Below, one piece after another: positions 33,591 through 43,135 of a DNA stretch of 64,000 bases. Location: positions 128,001-192,000 of the forward strand of contig CAVXYC010000014.1 in the NCBI GenBank assembly GCA_963765765.1, written 5' to 3'. The notes under the pieces are model-generated. The model saw only the letters and a list, made by a program, of their open reading frames with translations, made no database searches and was not told the origin of the DNA. Origin of the DNA: an uncultured Chloroflexia bacterium (GTDB lineage Bacteria; Chloroflexota; UBA6077; JACCZL01). Made by a program: the position numbers and the translations under genes. Each line of letters starts with the position of its first letter. The first letter of the stretch is position 1.

Positions 33591-34970
33591 CTAGTCTCCG
33601 CCGATGCCGATTATTGCCTGAACGATCTCACCGTCCTCAGACGGATCAACGGTTCGTAGATCAAGCACGACTTTGTCGTCTTCGATTCGTCCAACAATGG
33701 AGGGACTCCTCCGACGCAGGCGTCCGGCAAGCTCGGTGGCGCCCATCCCGGGTACTGAGATGCGGATTAGTCGAGTAGGAAGCGTCTCCTCCGGAAGCGC
33801 TCCACCACCGATCGCCGTCCGACCATCGCTCACCTCGGCTCGAACACTGGCGCTCGGACACGCCGCCAGAATGCCGTCGGCGCGCCCCTGAAGCTCGGAA
33901 ACTGTCGTTGAGATCATTCGCCAGACCGGAATGGAACGCGTCGCGCTCCCGTCTATGTATTCAGTAAGCGTTGCCGCCAACGCCGCGATCGTGAGCTTGT
34001 CCGGCCGTAGGGCGCGCATGAGAGGGTGACGTTTGAGTCGCTGTACGAGATCCGCCCGACCCACGACGATGCCGGCCTGTGGGCCGCCCAGCAGCTTGTC
34101 ACCGGAGAAGCACACCAGGTCTACTCCCGCCGCTATTGAAGCCTGAACCGTTGGCTCCGTGGGTACTCCAAAAGGCGCGCTGTCGATCAATGAGCCACTG
34201 CCAAGGTCCTCAATCACCGGAATATCGTGCGATCTGGAAATACTCACGAGCTCCTCGAGTGTCGGTCGGTGCGTGAAGCCAATGACCCGAAAGTTACTCG
34301 AATGTACGCGCATAACCGCAGCCGTATCAGGTCCCACGGCTGATGCATAGTCGTGCGCGTACGTACGATTCGTGGTGCCCACTTCGACAAGTCGCGCGCC
34401 GCTCTGCTCCAGAACGTCTGGGATGCGAAACCCGCCGCCAATCTCTACGAGCTCGCCCCGCGAAATGACGACCTCGTGGCCGGCAGCAAGCGCTGCGAGG
34501 ACCAGCAGAACAGCGGCAGCATTGTTATTGACGACCACACTCGCGGGAGCCCCGGTAAGGCGTGCCAGCAACTCACCACAATGCTCATGGCGGGAGCCAC
34601 GGCGTCCAGGCTCCAGCTCGTATTCCAGGTTTGAATAACCTCGCCCGGCTTCCTGGACGGCATTCAATGCTCGAGTCGAGAGCGGCGCTCGCCCCAGGTT
34701 TGTATGAATGATCACACCGCTCGCGTTGATTACCTGCCGAAGACGCGATCGGATCGTGCCTTCTTTGCGTCTCCCTAGCTCAAGGGCGAGTGACTCCAGC
34801 GATGGAGCAGGCTCTCCCAGGCGAATTCTCGCCCGAGCAGACTCGAGCACCTCGCGAGCCAGCGCGACATCGATTGGGTGGGCCTGACCGTTGCCAGACC
34901 CATTGAGCCCCGCGGCAATGAGGCGCTCAACACTAGGCAGAGATCGGAGCGCGTCGGAGACAGCCACCAT
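33591..34970 (-). CDS. selA: L-seryl-tRNA(Sec) selenium transferase
   Basis: VINASGVIIHTNLGRAPL, VVNNNAAA, SRGELVEIGGGFRIP, EVGTTNRT, FSGDKLLGGPQAG. Confidence 0.97.
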   Translation of the reverse strand: MVAVSDALRSLPSVERLIAAGLNGSGNGQAHPIDVALAREVLESARARIRLGEPAPSLESLALELGRRKEGTIRSRLRQVINASGVIIHTNLGRAPLSTRALNAVQEAGRGYSNLEYELEPGRRGSRHEHCGELLARLTGAPASVVVNNNAAAVLLVLAALAAGHEVVISRGELVEIGGGFRIPDVLEQSGARLVEVGTTNRTYAHDYASAVGPDTAAVMRVHSSNFRVIGFTHRPTLEELVSISRSHDIPVIEDLGSGSLIDSAPFGVPTEPTVQASIAAGVDLVCFSGDKLLGGPQAGIVVGRADLVQRLKRHPLMRALRPDKLTIAALAATLTEYIDGSATRSIPVWRMISTTVSELQGRADGILAACPSASVRAEVSDGRTAIGGGALPEETLPTRLIRISVPGMGATELAGRLRRRSPSIVGRIEDDKVVLDLRTVDPSEDGEIVQAIIGIGGD

Positions 34971-35081
34971 GGTGAGATGATGATACTCCGCATGCCGAAC
35001 AGCCGAGAGAGACCAACGAGACATCAAGAACTACTGGGACACCGGATACGTCCCAACAGTCTTGGTGTGCCTTACGTCCCT

Positions 35082-36377
35082 TTACGGTGTCTCAGAGGCG
35101 GCTGTGCTCACCGGTACCACGCTCCAGGTTCCATTTGAGCGCAACAGGTAAGCCATGCGCCCAAGCGTTACTGCGGTGCCCTGTTCTCGGTGCTGCACCA
35201 GAGCCGATGAGACTCGCGCCTCGTACACCGCCCAGCCCAGCGCGGTGCGTACAGACGGCACGCCTTTCCAGACAGCCGCGAACGTGCCGCTCGGAGCCAG
35301 CGCTCCCGGTGGAGGAGGCAAACTTGCGTCAGCCTGCACATCACTCAGTCGAGCCGTAGGTTGGGCGAATGACTCCCAGGTGCCTCGGCCTCGTTGCAAG
35401 ACCAGCGTCTGTGATGAGTCCCCAATGCGAACCATCACTCCACCCTGGAATGCCTGCTCCAGCACACGCATCGTTTGATATGGAGCCTGCAAGGCTCCCA
35501 GAGCCTCACCTGTGAGCGTAGACGCGGGAGAGACTTCCACCGCTGGTTGGACGGGATTTGCACGCGAGGAAGGCCACTTGCGCGTCTGCGGCACCAGAAC
35601 CGCGGTGTCGACGTTTGTTCCCGCTACAGAAGGCACGCTTGCAATGCCCGCGATCGAAACATCCGTCACTTTAGACCTGGTGGTCGAATCCGATTGCGCG
35701 GCTGTCGTCGACGGCTCGCCTCGGGGTGAGCCAAGCTCCCCGGTGACGTCTGCCAGGCTCGCGGGCGCGGTGACGAAGCTCACGACCGCGGGATTCTTCA
35801 GCCGGCGCCCGTCAACATCCAGCACGGATTCAACGGCCACTGTGTAGCTCTGGCCCGGCTCAAATGCACGATCAGGCTCAATGCGAAGCGCATTTCCATC
35901 CACTGAGACCCGCACGGGCAAGGCAGGATCAACCGTCACCGTCACACCGCGGGCACCGGGCATGAGCTCACGATCGAACCAGAGCTCGACGGGCCCGTTT
36001 GGCGCAACGCGATTGGCGCCGGTCATTGGTGAGGTCGCTGTTACCGCGAGCTGGGGCGATGGTTCCCCGCGTGGCGCTAAGAACGCGGCGCCGGCGAGAA
36101 CACCGACTACACTCAGGGGCACGCCCACGGCGATTGGAAGCCAACGGAGAGTCGAGTGACGACGGCGCTCTTGGATGCGCGCCTCTACGTTTCGCCCGAG
36201 CTGAGCCGGCGCACGCCGAATTGGCGCGTCCCGAAGTTCGAATCGAAGGCGCCTATACCGCTCGAGCTGCTGGGTGCAGTCGTCGCAGCTTGCGACGTGC
36301 ACCTCTAACGCATGGCGATCATCCGCCTTCAGTTCGTTATCGAGATACGCAGAGAGAAGCGCGCGATTGCACTTCAT
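35082..36377 (-). CDS. Zinc-finger anti-sigma factor with TM and extracellular Ig-like (Big_5) domain
   Basis: MKC..LLSAYLDNEL..HVASCDDC (zf-HC2), TM, TSPMTGANRV..LWFDREL; ATGA overlap with sigma gene. Confidence 0.85.
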   Translation of the reverse strand: MKCNRALLSAYLDNELKADDRHALEVHVASCDDCTQQLERYRRLRFELRDAPIRRAPAQLGRNVEARIQERRRHSTLRWLPIAVGVPLSVVGVLAGAAFLAPRGEPSPQLAVTATSPMTGANRVAPNGPVELWFDRELMPGARGVTVTVDPALPVRVSVDGNALRIEPDRAFEPGQSYTVAVESVLDVDGRRLKNPAVVSFVTAPASLADVTGELGSPRGEPSTTAAQSDSTTRSKVTDVSIAGIASVPSVAGTNVDTAVLVPQTRKWPSSRANPVQPAVEVSPASTLTGEALGALQAPYQTMRVLEQAFQGGVMVRIGDSSQTLVLQRGRGTWESFAQPTARLSDVQADASLPPPPGALAPSGTFAAVWKGVPSVRTALGWAVYEARVSSALVQHREQGTAVTLGRMAYLLRSNGTWSVVPVSTAASETP

Positions 36378-36943
36378 ACCGTTGGCGCCGGCTCCACTGT
36401 ATGGTAGACCTGCCGAAACTCTTCACGTGCGCGGAAGAGCAGCGACTTCACGGCTGAGCGAGTGGTGCCCATCACTTCGGCGATTTCCTGGCAGGAAAGC
36501 CCGTCATACTCCCTCAGTACCAGGCACATGCGGTACTTCGGTGAGAGTTTTTCCAGCACAATCTGTACCAGCTCTCGGGATTCCTGCCGAACAGCATCCT
36601 GTTCGGGATTATCACGAGCCACTTGACGTGGGTGAAAGATCGATGTGAACAGATCCCACGGCTCCCAGCGGATAAGCTTCTTACGACGAAGCTGGTCCAT
36701 GCACAGGTTCGTGGCGATTCGATAGAGCCACGGTCCCACCTTTAGCTCACCACGAATCTTGGGAAGCGCGGCGTACGCGCGCAGGAAAGTCTCCTGGGTG
36801 AGATCATTCGCATCTTCGGCATTGCCCATGAACCGATAAACGCAGTTGTAAATGCGATCCTGATACTCATCGAAGATCGCGTGGAAGGCGGCGTCGTCCA
36901 CCTCGTGGGCACGTTCGAGGACGAGGACGTCTCCAACGGTCAT
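36374..36943 (-). CDS. ECF sigma factor (SigW/SigE-like)
   Basis: DANDLTQETFLRAY, WLYRIATNLCMD, LSCQEIAEVMG..AVKSLLFRAR. Confidence 0.93.
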   Translation of the reverse strand: MTVGDVLVLERAHEVDDAAFHAIFDEYQDRIYNCVYRFMGNAEDANDLTQETFLRAYAALPKIRGELKVGPWLYRIATNLCMDQLRRKKLIRWEPWDLFTSIFHPRQVARDNPEQDAVRQESRELVQIVLEKLSPKYRMCLVLREYDGLSCQEIAEVMGTTRSAVKSLLFRAREEFRQVYHTVEPAPTV

Positions 36944-36975
36944 GGTCTTCCACCTCCAGAGCTTCCGCCCATTTG

Positions 36976-37000
36976 AACGGTTGCTGAAATCGCCGGTTGC
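36976..37000 (-). promoter_or_regulatory. Putative autoregulatory ECF promoter
   Basis: GCAAC-N16-CGTT upstream of GGAGG RBS. Confidence 0.5.
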
Positions 37001-37300
37001 GTCTCTAGCTCGGCGCGTGCGGTCATTCTAGAAACAATGGTTGGGGGGCGCAATAGGTCTCACGGGGAAGAATCTGGCTAGTTCCTGAACGATTCCTGGG
37101 GGCACGTGAAGGTAAGGCGGGCGGGAGATCATCCGCAAACCCAATTGGCCGGAGCATCCCCCACGTCATTCCTTGGTTGTCAGGCTTGTCCAGCGGGCTG
37201 AAAGTCGGCAGTTTCGATCGCTCGGCGCATGCTTCGCTGAGCCAATAAATCTCGGATTTCCGACCCCCGTGTGGTATTCTCGCGAACGGAGGGGTCTTCA

Positions 37301-38757
37301 ATGATTCGCCGGAAGCGGCTCAGCTTCGTCCTCGATCTCCTTACGTTATTCATCCTTGTTTCGTCGCTGATTGCTGGCGGCGCCTGGCATACCTCCAGTA
37401 CGGCAGCCTACGCTGCGCCTCGAGAGAGCGATCTTTCACTCGAGTCCACACGCCAGGCATATGAGCTGCTCCTGGATCGATTCGTTTATCCAATCGAGCC
37501 CAGTGCCCTTCTGAGCGCCGCGTGGCAGGGCGCTGTGCCAGCGCTGAATGAAGCCCACAGTACCGTCGACCTCAGTCCCCCCGATTTTTCGGGAGCCGGT
37601 TTGATGCCTGGAAAATGTTCAGTGATCGAATCAACGAGGCCTGGGCCAACAGTGACGGCCTGGATCAGCAATCTCGTCTGACCTTCCCAATGATGCAGGC
37701 CATGGCGAAGGTTGCCAATGAAGGACACACTGCGTTTCGAACGCCCAACGAGTACCAGGACTATCTTTCCTGGCAGCGAAACGACGAGCGCTATGAAGGC
37801 ATTGGCGTGAGCTTCCGCGGCAAGAACTACGTCATCCTCGAAGTGTTTCCCGGTAGTCCTGCCGAAGCCGCGGGCTTACGATCCGGCGACCAGATTGTTG
37901 GCGCCGATGGATTCGATCTTACCGGTACGGAGCTGGAGGAAGGACGCCGGCGGATTCGGGGCCCGGCCGGAACTGAAGTGGAGCTCCTCATAAAGAGAGC
38001 ATCCGCGAACGCGCCGTTCCGAGTGGTCATTCCGCGAGCGCAGATCAAGATCGAAGCCGTTCGATCACAGTTGCTGGAGAGCAATCCCAGCATCGCGAAA
38101 GCGGCTGGGATGCCGAATGTCGAGCCCGCGCGCAAGGATATCGGCTACCTGAGAATCGTGGGCTTTCCAAGTCCGTCCGTTGAGACGGATGTAGATCGAG
38201 TGCTCCAGGAGTTCGACCAGGCAGGGATCAAGGCAATGATTCTTGACCTGCGCGGCAATGGCGGCGGTCGGCTGGATGTAGGTATCAAGATTGCCAGCAA
38301 ATTCATCCAGGACGGTCAGCTATTCGAACAGATGTCACGCGAAGGTCGACAGCGGACGGTTGGTACCGTGGGCGGTTTCTGGAAACATCCGGTGCCCATT
38401 GCGGTGCTCATCGATGGAGGCACCGCCTCCATGGGTGAAATCCTGGCATCAGCGATGCACGAGAACGGCGTGGCCACACTCTTTGGTGTGAAGACGGCCG
38501 GCGTTGTGTCGGCCGCGCAGGTGTTTCCTCTGGTGGACGGAGCCGGACTTCAAGTGACGATTCTGGAAATCCGTTCCAGTGAAGGCCAAAAGATCAACGA
38601 AGTAGGCGTCTCGCCCGACGTCTCCGTTGAGTTCGCGCCGACCGACGCTGACAGTGGCGAGGACCCCCAAATACAGCGTGCGCTGTATTGGCTCCAGACT
38701 CATCCGGGCTACCTGAGCCCCAACACCGCTAACGCTCAGGAAGCAGGCGCCCACTAG
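37301..38757 (+). CDS. S41 family C-terminal processing peptidase (PDZ), frameshift near 37600
   Basis: YEGIGV, PDZ PGSPAEAAGLRSGD, ILDLRGNGGG, TASMGEILA, GVSPD. Confidence 0.88.
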
Positions 38758-38775
38758 TCAGCGTCTAGCAGTCGT

Positions 38776-39246
38776 TCAACGACCTGCCAGCCGCCGAGCG
38801 CGACGCTCGGCGGCTTCTGCAAACTCTCGCCGCTCTTCGTCATTAACAAGCTCTAGCGGCGGGACGCTCATTGGATGCCCATCCTCGCCAATCCCCGCAA
38901 ACACCAGGAATGCCGTGGATACGCGCCTCCGTTGGCCCGTACGAGGATCTTCCGCATCGATAATGACTTCCGTTTCCATGCTGGTTCGCCCCACCCACGT
39001 CATGTGCGCATCTAGCAGGAGAAGGTCACCCACGTAAACCGGCTCAAGAAAGGTCATGGAGTCAACGACGACCGTGACGACCCGGCCGCCGGCATGCCGA
39101 ATGGCCACGATGGCGCCGGCCGTGTCCGCGAGCTTCATCAAGGTCCCGCCGTGCACATTGCCCGTCACGTTCGCATCGGTGGGCTGCATGAGCTGCGCAA
39201 GCTGGACGCGAGTTTCGGAAATGTGTCGTGCTGCTACGTCTGTCAT
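38776..39246 (-). CDS. Acyl-CoA thioesterase (hotdog fold)
   Basis: PTDANVTGNVHGGTLMKLAD, FLEPVYVGD, VGRTSME. Confidence 0.92.
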   Translation of the reverse strand: MTDVAARHISETRVQLAQLMQPTDANVTGNVHGGTLMKLADTAGAIVAIRHAGGRVVTVVVDSMTFLEPVYVGDLLLLDAHMTWVGRTSMETEVIIDAEDPRTGQRRRVSTAFLVFAGIGEDGHPMSVPPLELVNDEERREFAEAAERRARRLAGR

Positions 39247-39408
39247 CGATCGACGCCTCTCAAAATCACGGCCGGATTGTACGCGGCGTGGGATCGCGGG
39301 CGTCCCACCCGTCCCGATCAATTTCGCACCATTACCGTTGAATCGCATGGAGTGCACGGTGAAACGGGCATCCCGCCCAATACGGTTCAGTGAAGCGATG
39401 GAGGGACC

Positions 39409-39484
39409 GGTGGGACAGTAGTCTCGACTGTCCTGAGACTGACGAATGGATCGGGGACTGGACAGTCGAGACGACTGTCCCACC
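39409..39484. repeat. GTGG/GTAG-type REP pair
   Basis: GGTGGGACAGTAGTCTCGACTGTCC ... GGACAGTCGAGACGACTGTCCCACC. Confidence 0.82.
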
Positions 39485-39583
39485 TATTCACGGGCGATCT
39501 CCTGGCTTAACTGAACCGTATTGCGTGGCTCACCTGTCCGCTGTGCGGGACGCCCGCGGTCCCAGGACCCGTACAATCCGGCC

Positions 39584-40313
39584 GTGGTTGGCACGATTAT
39601 CAACGTTGTCGCGGTCCTCATCGGGGCGACTCTAGGCATGCTGCTGGGCGATCGACTCAGTCCGAAGCTGCGCGCCACGGCAATGGACGGTCTGGGTCTT
39701 GTTGTTCTGGTGATTGGACTGCAGTCGGCTCTTACCACTCACAACGTGCTCATTGTGCTCGCGAGCGTCGTGGTGGGAGGCGCAGTTGGCGCCCGGCTGG
39801 ATATTGAAGCCGGAATCGAGGCTCTCGGGCAGCATCTCGAAAAGCGATTCGCGCCCGCGACTGATCAAGCGACGTCGCGCTTCAGCAAGGGTTTCTTGAC
39901 GGCTAGTCTTGTGTTCTGTGTGGGGCCCATGACGATCCTGGGCTCCATTCAAGACGGGCTTACCGGCGATTTTCGGACACTCGCGGTGAAGTCGCTGCTC
40001 GACTTCTTCGCTGCCGTTGCGTTCGCCTCCACCCTTGGCATCGGTGTCATGTTCTCAGCCTTGACCGTACTTCTGTATCAGGGCGGCCTCACTCTCCTTG
40101 CCTCAGGCACACGTGAGTGGCTCACAGATCCCATGATTCGTGAGATGAGCGCTGTGGGCGGCGTGCTCATCATGGGGATCGGTGTTCGGCTACTCGAGCT
40201 AAAGCCCGTGGCCGTCGGAAACTTACTGCCCGGCTATTGTTTTAGCACCGCTTCTTCAACTCATTGCAGGCGATTGGTTGGATACGCTGCTCCGGAGCAG
40301 CGTATCCCCCTGA
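39584..40313 (+). CDS. DUF554 membrane protein, extra base near 40231
   Basis: GTIINVVAVLIG, GFLTASLVFCVGPMTILGSIQDGL, KSLLD; corrected tail NLLPAIVLAP. Confidence 0.88.
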
Positions 40314-40319
40314 TCCAGG

Positions 40320-41099
40320 CTACGAGACCGTGTATGTGCGCTTTTCGCGTGCCAACGTTACTTGACCCGCGAAGTTGGATCGCGCCTGTTCAAGTACGGC
40401 ATGAAAATCCTGAATGTCGGTGCGGAAGTGCGTCAGGATCAGGCGGCGTACTCCCGCTCTTTGCGCGATCTGGGCTGCTTCAGCCGGGGTGAGGTGTCCG
40501 CGCTCGTCGGAGTTAGGTGCGTCGTCGGCGCGAGTCGTCAGAGCGGCTTCGCAAAGTAATGCTCCCGCGCCCTTGGCCGCCTTCACCAGCTCGTCGCACG
40601 GCGCGCTATCGCCGGAGAACACGAAGCCGTCCCCAATATCGCATCGCAAGGCATGCGACGCGATATAGTGCTGCACTCGGCTGGCCCTAAACGAGATAGT
40701 GCCGATGGTGAAGCTCTCATCGGTCGGATACTCATGGAGCTGGAATGTCTCGCTAAAGAACTTCGGCTCGCCATTCAGCGCTTGCGCAAAGTTGCTGAGG
40801 TACTCAATGCAGCCCGGGGGAACGAAGACTGGAAGAGGTATTCCACCACGGAGTCTTCCGTAACGGAGGCCATAGCAAAGCGGTACGAGATCAAGAAAAT
40901 GGTCGCCGTGGACGTGGGAGATCACCACAGCGCTGAGCTGATCGATCGCTAACACCGCGCGCAACCGGCCAAACGTGCCCGAGCCCGCCTCGATCTGCAC
41001 AGCCGTGGGACCCTGGCGCAGGAGGTACCCTGAGCCTGCACCGCCCGGGTTCGTCCACGCCGGACTTGACCCAAGAATCGTGAGCTTGGCCGGCTCCAC
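40320..41099 (-). CDS. MBL-fold metallo-hydrolase (RNase Z-like)
   Basis: LTILGSS, ISHVHGDHFLD, FSGDS, RGHLT, LILTHF. Confidence 0.88.
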   Translation of the reverse strand: MEPAKLTILGSSPAWTNPGGAGSGYLLRQGPTAVQIEAGSGTFGRLRAVLAIDQLSAVVISHVHGDHFLDLVPLCYGLRYGRLRGGIPLPVFVPPGCIEYLSNFAQALNGEPKFFSETFQLHEYPTDESFTIGTISFRASRVQHYIASHALRCDIGDGFVFSGDSAPCDELVKAAKGAGALLCEAALTTRADDAPNSDERGHLTPAEAAQIAQRAGVRRLILTHFRTDIQDFHAVLEQARSNFAGQVTLAREKRTYTVS

Positions 41100-41269
41100 T
41101 GGCGCATTCCTCCGAGAGCCGCCCGTCCAGAGCGGTTCCATACGATAGCCGGAGGCAGCCTCGCGACTCAAGTCACTCGGGGTTCAGAGATGAGACGCGA
41201 GAGCCGGAGGGCAGGGCAGACTGTCACCAGCCCTCCGTCCCAATGCTAGACTTGCCGCGGGAGAGGGCA

Positions 41270-41779
41270 ATGACCTGGACTGACATCGCGTTTGATTGCC
41301 TCAAAGAGCAGCGGCTCGAGACGATCGTTTACGTTCCCGATATCGTGCTAGCGGACCTCATAAACCGGGTCGAGGCAGACTCCTACTTCACGGCCATTAG
41401 CCCCACGCGGGAAGAGGAAGGCGTAGGAATTATCTGCGGCGCCTTTCTCGGCGGTAGGCGGGGCGTCTTAATGATGCAGAACAGCGGCATAGGAAATGCC
41501 GCGAACGCCATTGCCGGCCTTGTTACACCGTGCCAAATACCATTCATCATGGTGATCAACCCGCGGGGCGATCTGGGCGAGTTCAATCCGGCGCAAGTGG
41601 GTATGGGTCAGGCCCTGCGCCCAGTTCTGGACGGACTCGGCATCCAGCATTTCACCGTGGAGCAAGAAGACGCCTTAGCACCCACTTTGACGGGTGCATC
41701 CAAACTGGCATTTTCTACCGATCGCCCGGTCGCCGTGATCCTCTCGCCACTACTCACCGGAGGAAAAACGGCACCATGA
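41270..41779 (+). CDS. Sulfopyruvate/phosphonopyruvate decarboxylase alpha-subunit-like (ComD-like)
   Basis: YVPD, TREEEGVGIICGAFLGG, MMQNSGIGN, RGDLGEFNPAQV. Confidence 0.82.
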   Translation: MTWTDIAFDCLKEQRLETIVYVPDIVLADLINRVEADSYFTAISPTREEEGVGIICGAFLGGRRGVLMMQNSGIGNAANAIAGLVTPCQIPFIMVINPRGDLGEFNPAQVGMGQALRPVLDGLGIQHFTVEQEDALAPTLTGASKLAFSTDRPVAVILSPLLTGGKTAP

Positions 41780-42366
41780 TGAACCGTCAGGAGGCCGTTG
41801 CCGCCCTCACCGAGATTCTGGACGATGCGATCGTGGTGACAGGCCTGGGTAACGTTGCTCTGGATCTCTTCGTCGCCGCCGAGCGACCGCTAAATTTCTA
41901 CACTTCGGGGGCCATGGGAACGGCGATCTCGATTGCGTTTGGATTGGCCGTGGCACAACCGGATCGAAGAGTCATCTGCCTGGAAGGCGATGGCTCCTTA
42001 TTGATGAACCTGGGCTGCCTCGCCACCATTGGCAAGTATCAGCCAGCGAATCTCACCTGCCTCATTTTCGACAACGAGCTCTATCAGATCACGGGCGGGC
42101 AGCCGACACACACCGGTGCCACTACCGATCTGGCCGCCGTGGCAAGGGGATGCGGTGTGGAGCAGGCTGCCGCGGTGACCACCGCTCTAGAGCTACGCAA
42201 CGAGCTTGGGCGAACCGTTGACAGATCCGGTCCGCACATCGTGGTGGCTAAAGTCGACACGCAGCTCGCGAACGGCTTCTTACCGCGAAAGGGCATTCTG
42301 TATAAGTATCGGCTGATGCACGCCCTTGGCACCGCTCCGGATACGGACACGATCGTCTGGAGCTAG
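41776..42366 (+). CDS. TPP-binding decarboxylase beta-subunit-like (ComE-like)
   Basis: NFYTSGAMG, EGDGSLLMNLG..FDN, ITGGQPT; ATGA overlap. Confidence 0.82.
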   Translation: MMNRQEAVAALTEILDDAIVVTGLGNVALDLFVAAERPLNFYTSGAMGTAISIAFGLAVAQPDRRVICLEGDGSLLMNLGCLATIGKYQPANLTCLIFDNELYQITGGQPTHTGATTDLAAVARGCGVEQAAAVTTALELRNELGRTVDRSGPHIVVAKVDTQLANGFLPRKGILYKYRLMHALGTAPDTDTIVWS

Positions 42367-42397
42367 CGCGAGTAACGAGTAAATTCTTGCCCGTTGG

Positions 42398-43135
42398 TCA
42401 GGGCGAAGGGAACTCGCTACTCGCTACTCGTTCGACCGATACGTCATCCATAGAATCGTTGAGCAGGCCCATCTCCATAGCTCGCACGGCCGCTTGCGTG
42501 CGGTCGGAGGCGTTGAGCTTGGCGATAATGTGCTCTACATGAGTCTTTACGGTGCTCACCTGAAGAGAGAGCGAGCGCGCGATCTCCGGATTTGTGAGTC
42601 CGCGCACCAGAAGCCTCAGCACGTCGCGCTCGCGCGGCGTCATCGACTCAGGGAGAAGCTTTGGCGCGGGCGGATCCTCACTCGCGAGGCGCTGAACTAA
42701 CCGCAATGCGACGTCGCCAGGCAACGACGTGTCGCCATGTGCCACATGCCGTACCGCCGTCACGATCTCCTGTTTGGCAGCGTCCTTGAGGAGATAGCCG
42801 GATGCGCCGGCCCGTACGGCTTCCAGGAGATAATCCGGGTTTTCAACGATCGTGACCATGATGACAGATGTGGCTGGGCACGTCTTCTTGATCGCTCGAG
42901 TCGCTCGCAGACCATCGATATCTGACATGCGAATGTCCATGAGCACGACGTCTGGTTTGAGCTTTCGTGCAAGCTGCATGGCCTTCCGTCCACTCGATGC
43001 CGTGCCCACAACCTCAAATCCCGGCTCGCTCTCCAGAATGCTCACCAACCCCGCGCGCGCAAGCTCGTGATCGTCCACCACGAGCAAACGAAGCGTCTCA
43101 ACACGAATCGGAGCAACTCGCGAACTCATAATCAT
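42398..43135 (-). CDS. NarL/LuxR family response regulator
   Basis: LLVVDDH, DVVLMDIRM, GASGYLLK, TPRERDVL..GLTNPEIA..TVKTHV. Confidence 0.93.
   Translation of the reverse strand: MIMSSRVAPIRVETLRLLVVDDHELARAGLVSILESEPGFEVVGTASSGRKAMQLARKLKPDVVLMDIRMSDIDGLRATRAIKKTCPATSVIMVTIVENPDYLLEAVRAGASGYLLKDAAKQEIVTAVRHVAHGDTSLPGDVALRLVQRLASEDPPAPKLLPESMTPRERDVLRLLVRGLTNPEIARSLSLQVSTVKTHVEHIIAKLNASDRTQAAVRAMEMGLLNDSMDDVSVERVASSEFPSP

Noticed and set aside
31578-35081. tRNA-Sec or selD near selAB
   Set aside because: Intergenic gaps are short, with no cloverleaf or T-loop and no SelD ORF
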